Below are positions 47,295 to 54,452 of a stretch of 64,000 nucleotides of DNA, in pieces. Location: contig JAKFVA010000009.1 in assembly GCA_021732385.1 (NCBI GenBank), forward strand, positions 66,985 to 130,984, in the 5' to 3' direction. This stretch comes from Burkholderiales bacterium. Lineage in GTDB: Bacteria > Pseudomonadota > Gammaproteobacteria > Burkholderiales > Burkholderiaceae_C. Both the position numbers and the translations under genes were made by a program. The notes under the pieces were generated by a model. That model was not told the DNA's origin. It saw only the letters and a program-made list of their open reading frames with translations, and did no database searches. Each line of letters begins with the position of its first letter. Position 1 is the stretch's first letter.

Positions 47295-48256
47295 GCCCCG
47301 CCCCGTTTCATTGCCAGCATTAGGGCAGCGGTTTCCAGCGCTGCTTCGAGCGGGGATTGCACAACATGAGCGGGATCGTGAATGGCCTGGAGCCAGTCGC
47401 GCATTTCAGCGCCGTAGGTAGCGCCAACATCAAAATCCGCTGGATCATTACACAGCAGGCGTGTGCCGGCTTGCTCCTCAACCCAGGCGCGCCGCGCGAT
47501 CAGATCCCAGTGCAAAGTACCGCGCTCACAAACCATGGCGTAGCGCCGTGTGGCCTGCTGCGCCACATAGTCCAGGCTGATGGTGACGGGCGCGCCAGCG
47601 GCCGTACGCAGCAAGGCCACATGCACATCGTCACTGTCAATTGGCAAGCTGCTCAGGCGGGCATTGACGCTGGCCACCACCTCAAGCGGCCCCAGCAGCA
47701 GGCGCGCCATGTCAACCTCATGCACCAGATCAAACAAAACGCCACCACCCTGCCCGGCATGTGCGCTGTAGCCGGACGCCAGATCGCGGCCAGGCCGCCA
47801 ATGAGCCAGGTTTTGGCCCGCCTCGAACTGCGCCCGCACCAGGCGGCCCAGGCCACCGCCCTGCAGCTCCCGCGCAACATGCTGCAACGAACCCAGATAG
47901 CGCAGGTTGCAACCCACAACCACCGAGCGCAGGTTTTGCGCGCGCGCCGCCGCGCGGCGCACAGCCTCTAACTGCTGCGTGGAAACAACCAATGGCTTTT
48001 CCACCAGGCAGGGCAGGTTGCAGCCGAGAATGGCACTGAGTTCGTCTGCATGGCGCGCCGATACACTGGCCACAATCACCGCGTCGGGTTGCCAGTGCAA
48101 CGCCTGCTCCAAAGAACCAAAGCGCTCGCAAGGCGCAAGACCGCCGAGTTCAGTGGATTGGGACAGCACGCCCAGCACGACGCCTGGCACCGCATCACGC
48201 AGGTGCCGGGCATGACGCTGGGCGATGGAGCCGCGGCCAGTGACGAGAACGCGCAT
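47291..48256 (-). CDS. Gfo/Idh/MocA-family oxidoreductase
   Basis: MRVLVTGRGSIAQRHARHL is the Rossmann start. ATG 48256 is chosen, with alternatives at 48265 and 48292. It contains the EKP motif (CLVEKPL). It is the first gene of the 8-gene minus-strand operon. Confidence 0.8.
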   Translation of the reverse strand: MRVLVTGRGSIAQRHARHLRDAVPGVVLGVLSQSTELGGLAPCERFGSLEQALHWQPDAVIVASVSARHADELSAILGCNLPCLVEKPLVVSTQQLEAVRRAAARAQNLRSVVVGCNLRYLGSLQHVARELQGGGLGRLVRAQFEAGQNLAHWRPGRDLASGYSAHAGQGGGVLFDLVHEVDMARLLLGPLEVVASVNARLSSLPIDSDDVHVALLRTAAGAPVTISLDYVAQQATRRYAMVCERGTLHWDLIARRAWVEEQAGTRLLCNDPADFDVGATYGAEMRDWLQAIHDPAHVVQSPLEAALETAALMLAMKRGGA

Positions 48257-48276
48257 GACGGTCATTGGTCTCAGGT

Positions 48277-48292
48277 TTGGATGACAATCCAA
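48277..48292. promoter_or_regulatory. 16-bp palindrome TTGGATgacaATCCAA in the ~85-bp divergent promoter region of the glycan locus
   Basis: Read directly from the sequence. 6-bp perfect arms are separated by 4 bp. It lies between the Gfo/Idh/MocA start (48256/48265) and the GT-B gene start (48343). Confidence 0.3.
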
Positions 48293-48342
48293 TGGTAGTT
48301 CAGAAAATCAGCAGGGTAACCCAGCAATCGCCAGCCAAACCC

Positions 48343-49557
48343 ATGAAAAAAGCCTTGTTTGTCACCTATGGCGGCGGGCACGCAAAAATGGTTTTGCCGG
48401 TGGTGCAGCAATTCCTGCGTGACGGCCGGCTGCAAGTCCAGGTTCTGGCCCTGACCACCGCACGTGCATTGTTCGCGCGGCACGGTGTTGCCACATTGGG
48501 CTTTCATGATTTTGTTACTGCGGCAGACGCCCAGGCGCTGGCCTGGGGCCATGAACTCTGCGCCAGCACGGCGCGCCACCCGGAAATTGAGCCGCAGGAA
48601 AGCGTGGCTTATCTGGGTTTGTCGTTTGCCGATTTGGTAGCAGATGTGGGCCTGGAGCTGGCACGCAGCCGCTACGCCGCCATTGGCCGGGCAGCGTTCT
48701 GCCCAGTACACAGGCTGTCCAACATCATTGCACAACTGCGACCCGATGTGGTGGTTGCCACCAATACCCGGCGCTCTGAAATGGCTGCCATCTTGGCGGC
48801 GCGCCAGCTGGGGATTGCGGCAGTCTGCCTGGTGGACTGGTTTCCGGTTGGCGATGCGCAGGTGCTTGGCACCCCGGGTTATGCCGACCGGGTGTGCGTG
48901 CCCAACCAAGCCTCGCTTGTCCGGCTGGTTGAAGAGGGGCGGCCCGCGCGTGACATCACGGTAACTGGCAACCCGGCATTTGACAGCCTGGCAGCGCCCG
49001 GGCTGCAAAATAAAGCGCAAAAGTGGCTAAGCAACCAGCCTTGGCGAACCCGCAAAAAGATACTCTGGGCCTCACAGCCCGAGCCGATTGCGCACCGCAT
49101 CACGGGCGCGCCCGGTAACCCTGCGTTACCCGAGCAGATTTTTGACTGGCTGCGCAATATGGTGGCTCGCCACCCGGATTGGCACTTGATAGCACGGCCC
49201 CATCCCAGCGAAAACGCCAGTTTTATGCAAGCTGGCCCGCAGTGCAGCGTCAGCTTGCAAACTGAGCCGCTGCACTTGCTGCTGGCCAGCATCGACGTTG
49301 TGGTGTGCATGACTTCGACCGTCGGCTATGAGGCCGCGCTTTTGGGGAAACCACTGGTGCATATACCGCTCTCAGTGCATGGCGACGAGGCGGATTACAC
49401 CCAAATGGGTTTGGCTTTAAAGGCTGCCGAGCCTGGGCAAATTGAACAGGCGTTGGTGGCGATTCTCGAGCACCATTGGCTACCACCTCACAAGCTGCCG
49501 CCACCGGGTGGGGCCACCTCTGCCGCCTGCCAAGTCATTGTGGAGGTAGCCTGCTAG
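48343..49557 (+). CDS. Unassigned GT-B-fold protein (epimerase_2 / CMP-sugar transferase-like); candidate nonulosonate glycosyltransferase
   Basis: ATG at 48343 (MKKALFVTYGGGHAKMVLPV, a G-loop like MurG/PseG). It has LVEEGRPARDITVTGNPAFD, an E-E-G segment resembling the epimerase_2 signature. It has an HP motif (LIARPHPSE) followed by VVCMTSTVGYEAALLGKPLV. The function is not assignable by eye. Confidence 0.55.
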   Translation: MKKALFVTYGGGHAKMVLPVVQQFLRDGRLQVQVLALTTARALFARHGVATLGFHDFVTAADAQALAWGHELCASTARHPEIEPQESVAYLGLSFADLVADVGLELARSRYAAIGRAAFCPVHRLSNIIAQLRPDVVVATNTRRSEMAAILAARQLGIAAVCLVDWFPVGDAQVLGTPGYADRVCVPNQASLVRLVEEGRPARDITVTGNPAFDSLAAPGLQNKAQKWLSNQPWRTRKKILWASQPEPIAHRITGAPGNPALPEQIFDWLRNMVARHPDWHLIARPHPSENASFMQAGPQCSVSLQTEPLHLLLASIDVVVCMTSTVGYEAALLGKPLVHIPLSVHGDEADYTQMGLALKAAEPGQIEQALVAILEHHWLPPHKLPPPGGATSAACQVIVEVAC

Positions 49558-49701
49558 GCTGGCAATCAGCCGCCCCAGGCTCTCGATTGCGCGCACACCT
49601 GCATGGTAAAGTCTAAGCCGCAAAAGAAGGCTGCGCCAGTTCCCGCATGTGCGCCGCAGCACCCCTGAAAACACCCCTACCGCACTCCACAGGAAGAGGC
49701 C

Positions 49702-50928
49702 ATGACACTCTCTGAAAACGCTTTATCTGTTGTAAAAAAGACCGAGGCCGAGACCCTGGCCACTTTTCAGGAAGAAATACCCTCGATCTATTTTTCGCAC
49801 AAGGGAAAAGAAGACTACGAGACCTATGTGCAGCGTGCCGAGGTCATTTACCGCAATGACTTCAAATTTCCGCCCAAAATGTTTGACGGCGCAGAGCTGA
49901 TTGATTTTGGCGCTGGCACTGGCGAGAACACGGTTTACCTGGCCAACTGGGGCGCGCGCTGCACGCTGGTTGAAATGAACCACCTGGCGCAAAAAATCTC
50001 CAAGGACGTGTTTGCAAAATATGCCAAGCGCCCCAACGAGCACACGTTTCACCTGTCCTCAATTTTTGATTACGCACCCAATGACGGCAAGCTGTATGAC
50101 ATCGTCCATTGCCGGGGCGTGCTTTCCCACACTGCAGCCAAGGAAGAGGCGTTCCGGAAAATTTCCACCTTCCTCAAGCCCGGCGGCTTCCTGATTTTTG
50201 GCGATCCCAACAAGGCGGGCGGCTTCCAGAACATGCTGCAGCGCTTTGCGGTGTACAGCTTTGCCAATACACCCGACGAGATGGTGGACGTCAGCGAACA
50301 GCTCTTCAAGGAAGACATTGACCGCAGCGAGCGGGCGATTCCACGCACACGGCGCGCCATTATTTTCGACCGCTGGGTGATCCAGTCGCAAGACGACCCG
50401 TCCGTGGCCGAGGTCGCCTCGTGGGTCAAGGGCGCTGGCTTGCAGCTGTACTCCAGTTTCCCCAATGTCTTGCTGCCGCAAATGGGCGACTCAATTCACC
50501 ACCAGCCAAAGTTCGATCCCTTCAGCGCAAGCAATCTGTTCCCCTTGGCCGAGCTCACCTGGATGATGCAAACTGAATCCGACAGCGCGTTTTTGGGGGC
50601 CATCGACGCCAGCGCCAGCGCTTTTGCCACTGCGTTTACCGACATCAGCAGCTATGTGCAGAACTTGAACTCCAAGTCTGCGCTGGATACCCAAAAATTC
50701 AAGCAGTTGTCCCAGCAACTGGTGGCCAGTGTCAATGCCGTGCGCCCTTTCCAGCCACTGCGCGACAAACTGGCGGTTTTTGCCGCCGAGTCCTGCGCGT
50801 TCCTGGAAGTCGTCAAGGCGGGCGATCTGGCGGCTGTGCGCCGTTTCATTGAAGGCACGCAGTATCTGTTCAAAGGCGCCTGTGGTGTGCGCCATGTGGA
50901 TTTTGTGGCCTACAAGCCGCTTGCCTGA
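49702..50928 (+). CDS. Class I SAM-dependent methyltransferase with ~200-aa uncharacterised C-terminal domain
   Basis: 408 aa. Motif I is LIDFGAGTGENTVYLA and post-I is LVEMN. Also YDIVHCRGVLSHT and LKPGGFLIFGDPN. A ggaagagg SD precedes the start. GC is visibly lower than in the neighbouring genes. Confidence 0.8.
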   Translation: MTLSENALSVVKKTEAETLATFQEEIPSIYFSHKGKEDYETYVQRAEVIYRNDFKFPPKMFDGAELIDFGAGTGENTVYLANWGARCTLVEMNHLAQKISKDVFAKYAKRPNEHTFHLSSIFDYAPNDGKLYDIVHCRGVLSHTAAKEEAFRKISTFLKPGGFLIFGDPNKAGGFQNMLQRFAVYSFANTPDEMVDVSEQLFKEDIDRSERAIPRTRRAIIFDRWVIQSQDDPSVAEVASWVKGAGLQLYSSFPNVLLPQMGDSIHHQPKFDPFSASNLFPLAELTWMMQTESDSAFLGAIDASASAFATAFTDISSYVQNLNSKSALDTQKFKQLSQQLVASVNAVRPFQPLRDKLAVFAAESCAFLEVVKAGDLAAVRRFIEGTQYLFKGACGVRHVDFVAYKPLA

Positions 50929-50958
50929 TTTTTTAACCCCAATTGGAGTCACGACACC

Positions 50959-52155
50959 ATGCCACCAGTCGAAGCCGGTCGCGTTAACAGCCACAACGAG
51001 TGGGACAAGCTCAAGGAAGTCATTGTTGGCACCGCAGACGGAACCACCGCCGCACTGATCTGGATGCGCCCTGGCCCCATCCCGCCAGACGTGATGGAAA
51101 AGGCACGGGCCATTGCGGCCAAGGCCTGTCCAAAATGGTTTTACGACGAAGTGGCTGAAGACCTGCAAAACCTGGCTGACACCCTGACCAAGCTGGGTGC
51201 CAAGGTATTGCGGCCCACGCCGTACGACCAGACCCGCATGTACGGCACACCGTCCTGGACCTCCAACAGCAACAACGCCTACAACGCGCGCGATCTAAAC
51301 TTGGTGGTGGGCAACAACGTCATCGAAAGCCCCTCGTACTTGGCCAGCCGTTACTACGAAACGTCGGCGCTGTACCCCATTTGGTACCAGTACTTTGACA
51401 AGGGCTTCAAGTGGATTGCCGCGCCCAAACCAATGCTCGACTACGAGGCAAAGCTGCCCTACTTCCGCGACGAAAATGAGCGCGTGCTGACCGATGAAGA
51501 CCTCAAGCACCAGCAATTGACTGGTGGCCGGCTTGAAAAGCTGCACAAGCTAAGTGAGCAGGAAATCCTGTTTGAGGCCGCCAACACGCTGCGCATGGGC
51601 AAGGATTTGCTCTACCTCGTGTCCTCCTCGGGCAACCAAAAAGGCGCGAAATGGCTGCAAAGTGTGCTGGGTGACGAATACCGTGTGCACACCACGTCTG
51701 ACATATACCGCTCCAGTCACATTGACTCCACCTGCATGTGCCTGCGGCCCGGCCTGGTACTGCTCAACAACACGCGTGTCAGCGAGAAAAACTGCCCTCC
51801 CCTGCTTGACAAGTGGGACAAGATTTATTTTGGCGAAGTTGCCCCCACCTCAGAGGTGGAATTGAAATTCCAAAACGAGGTGCGTGATCCGCTGGGCAAC
51901 GAGCTTGAAGCGCTGGGTTTTCAAACCAACCTGCATGACATGTCTTCGCCCTGGGTAGGCATGAATTTTCTTTCGGTGGACCCGCAGACCGTGATCGTTG
52001 ACGAGCGTCAAACCGCGCTAATCAAGATGCTCGAATCGCACAAGTTCACTGTGGTGCCAATCAAGATGCGCCACATCTACACCCAGGGTGGCGGCATTCA
52101 CTGCGCCACACTCGACACAGTCAGGGAAAGCAAGCTGGAAAGCTATTTCGACTGA
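50959..52155 (+). CDS. Amidinotransferase of the arginine:glycine / inosamine-phosphate (AGAT/StrB1) family
   Basis: 398 aa. The N-terminal VNSHNEWDKLKEVIVG matches the AGAT/StrB1 signature (NEWDPLEEVIVG). The catalytic His context is SSHIDSTCMCLRPGLVLLN. The catalytic Cys near the C-terminus is GGGIHCATLDTVR. Confidence 0.85.
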   Translation: MPPVEAGRVNSHNEWDKLKEVIVGTADGTTAALIWMRPGPIPPDVMEKARAIAAKACPKWFYDEVAEDLQNLADTLTKLGAKVLRPTPYDQTRMYGTPSWTSNSNNAYNARDLNLVVGNNVIESPSYLASRYYETSALYPIWYQYFDKGFKWIAAPKPMLDYEAKLPYFRDENERVLTDEDLKHQQLTGGRLEKLHKLSEQEILFEAANTLRMGKDLLYLVSSSGNQKGAKWLQSVLGDEYRVHTTSDIYRSSHIDSTCMCLRPGLVLLNNTRVSEKNCPPLLDKWDKIYFGEVAPTSEVELKFQNEVRDPLGNELEALGFQTNLHDMSSPWVGMNFLSVDPQTVIVDERQTALIKMLESHKFTVVPIKMRHIYTQGGGIHCATLDTVRESKLESYFD

Positions 52156-52162
52156 TTCGCCT

Positions 52163-53125
52163 ATGGCCACTTACCCGGCTTCCTTTGCGCACGGCCTGAT
52201 GTTTCATCGGTTCCACCGGCAGGGGGAGCCAGCCGCCGGGCAGGGCTCAATCAGCGATGCTGCATTTGAGGCAATGCTGCGAGCCATTGGTAGCGAACGC
52301 ATCCTGGCGCCCCAGGAATGGATGTCACGGGCCAACGCTGGTTTGCTGCAACCGGCAGATCTGTGCATCACTTTCGACGACGGTCTCAAAAATCAGGTCG
52401 AGGTAGCGCTACCGGTTCTTGAACGCCTGGGGCTCAAGGCATTTTGGTTCATCTATTCGGCGGCCCTTCGTGGTAGCTATGACCGCAATGAAATTGCCAA
52501 TCTCCTGGCGACACGGTACTTTGCTTCCTTCAATGCGTATGTGCAGCAATTCGAGGCCTTGACCACGGTTTCTCCAAAGGCGTTTGAATCGGCTGACTGG
52601 CACTACTACGCGCAAGGCCTCAAGGCGCGGTTTCCCTTTTATTCAGCCAGCGACGTACGTTACCGCTACATGCGCAACCACCTGCTTTCGCTCACCGAGT
52701 TTGAAGCAGCCGTTGACCGCCTGCTGGCGTTGCTTGGGCTTGATCTGCACGCAGTCGCAGGCCAGTTGTGGATGACAGCGGACCAGGTGGGCGCACTGCA
52801 CACGTCTGGCCATGTCATTGGCATGCACTCCTACAGCCACCCTTTTTCCCTGTCCGCGCTTAGTGCCCGGGATCAGCGGGTTGAATACCAGGCCAATTTT
52901 GATGATTTGACGCAGATCACTGGCCAGCCGCCGCGGAGCATGTCGCATCCGCTCAACTCCTACTCACCTGCAACGCTGGAAATCCTGGCTAATTTGGGGA
53001 TTGAGTGTGGGTTCTGTTCGAACATGCAACCGCCCGGCGGGCATGCCTCGGTGAATCCCAGCCCGTTGGAATTCGCTCGCGAGGATTCAACCACCCTACT
53101 GGCGCTGACCGCCAGCAGCGGTTAA
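52163..53125 (+). CDS. Polysaccharide deacetylase (NodB-homology) family protein
   Basis: ATG at 52163 (MATYPASFAHGLMFHRFH). The NodB motif 1 is ITFDDGLKNQ. Also LKAFWFIY and GMHSYSHP. The stop overlaps the stop of the convergent GS-like gene. Confidence 0.8.
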   Translation: MATYPASFAHGLMFHRFHRQGEPAAGQGSISDAAFEAMLRAIGSERILAPQEWMSRANAGLLQPADLCITFDDGLKNQVEVALPVLERLGLKAFWFIYSAALRGSYDRNEIANLLATRYFASFNAYVQQFEALTTVSPKAFESADWHYYAQGLKARFPFYSASDVRYRYMRNHLLSLTEFEAAVDRLLALLGLDLHAVAGQLWMTADQVGALHTSGHVIGMHSYSHPFSLSALSARDQRVEYQANFDDLTQITGQPPRSMSHPLNSYSPATLEILANLGIECGFCSNMQPPGGHASVNPSPLEFAREDSTTLLALTASSG

Positions 53126-54423
53126 AAGAAATCCACGTAACGGCGAAATTCCGCGGGTGAAATAGCCAGTGCCAGTTCGTCACACTCCGCGCGCTTGCAA
53201 GCAACAAATTCATCCACAAAGACCTGGCCCAGACCCTCGCACAGGGGCCGGTCTGCCTCAAGCAGGTCGAGTGCATCGGGCAGCGCCTGGGGCAGGCGTG
53301 CAATGCCACGCTCGGCCAAGTCGTAGGCGCTAAGCGTATACAGGTTTTCATTGCACGGCGGCCCAGGGTCAAGTTGGCGTGCAATGCCGTCCAAGCCTGC
53401 GTAAATCACCGCTGCAGTCAGCAAATACGGGTTGGTGGAAGCATCCGGCAGGCGCAACTCCAGCCGTCCGCCCGGGCCGCGTACAAAAGCCGTGCGGTTG
53501 TTGTTGCCATACGCCACATGCACAGGCGCCCAGGTGGCCCCAGAACGCGACCCTCTGGAAACCAGCCGTTTGTAGGAGTTGACGCAGGGTGCAGCAATGG
53601 CAGTCAGGCCCTGAGCATGCGCCATTAGGCCGCCCAGAAAATAGTACGCCAGACTGCTCAGTTGCAAGCCATTGGGGTCAGATGCATCCTCAAAAGCGTT
53701 GTGGCCAAAATGCTTACCAGCCGACATGTGCATGTGCAGCCCGCTGCCGGAACGCTCGGCAAACGGTTTGGGCATAAAGGAGCACAGCATGCCGTGCTTT
53801 TTGGCAATGGCCTGCGCCGCCATCTTGAAATACGTCAGGTTGTCGGCGGTCTGCAAGCCCTGCGCATAGGTGAAGTTCATTTCAAACTGGCCATTGGCGT
53901 CCTCATGATCAATCTGGTAGACGTCGATCTCCGCGCCTTCCAGCGCCGAGCGCAGCTCCATCAGAAAGTCCGACACCGACGACAGATGCCGGAAGTCATA
54001 GCAAGGCTTGGCCAGCGACTCGGAATCGGTCGCCACCTCATACGCATCGCCGTTGCGCTTAAGCAGAAAGAACTCGGGTTCCAGGCCGGTGAAAAAATCC
54101 AGACCGGTGGCAGAACGGAAAGCCGCGAGCGCCTTCTTGGCGATCACGCGGGAATCAAGCGGGTGCGGCTTGCCATCCACATGCCCGTCACAGCTTACCG
54201 TAGCGGTGCCCGGCATCCAGGGCACCGGGCGAATGGTATTTTTGTCGCCCACCGCCATAAACTCGCGCCCGTGCGGGCCCATGCCCATGCCGGCAATGGC
54301 AAAGCCGGCAAAACCCGCACCCGCGCCAAAGATCATCTCTTTGTGTTTGGCTGGCACCAGCTTGGCCTTGGGTCGACCATGGATATCGACAAACTGGGCG
54401 AGGTAATAATCAAAATCTTTCAT
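53122..54423 (-). CDS. Glutamine-synthetase-family ligase (GS type III / gamma-glutamyl-amine synthetase-like)
   Basis: 433 aa. The beta-grasp N-domain is YYLAQFVDIHGRPKAKLVP. The catalytic domain has EPEFFLL, IDHEDANGQFEMNF, GSGLHMHMS and NSYKRL. Confidence 0.85.
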   Translation of the reverse strand: MKDFDYYLAQFVDIHGRPKAKLVPAKHKEMIFGAGAGFAGFAIAGMGMGPHGREFMAVGDKNTIRPVPWMPGTATVSCDGHVDGKPHPLDSRVIAKKALAAFRSATGLDFFTGLEPEFFLLKRNGDAYEVATDSESLAKPCYDFRHLSSVSDFLMELRSALEGAEIDVYQIDHEDANGQFEMNFTYAQGLQTADNLTYFKMAAQAIAKKHGMLCSFMPKPFAERSGSGLHMHMSAGKHFGHNAFEDASDPNGLQLSSLAYYFLGGLMAHAQGLTAIAAPCVNSYKRLVSRGSRSGATWAPVHVAYGNNNRTAFVRGPGGRLELRLPDASTNPYLLTAAVIYAGLDGIARQLDPGPPCNENLYTLSAYDLAERGIARLPQALPDALDLLEADRPLCEGLGQVFVDEFVACKRAECDELALAISPAEFRRYVDFF

Positions 54424-54452
54424 GCCGTACTCACTGCCTTGTCGTTAGTTGG

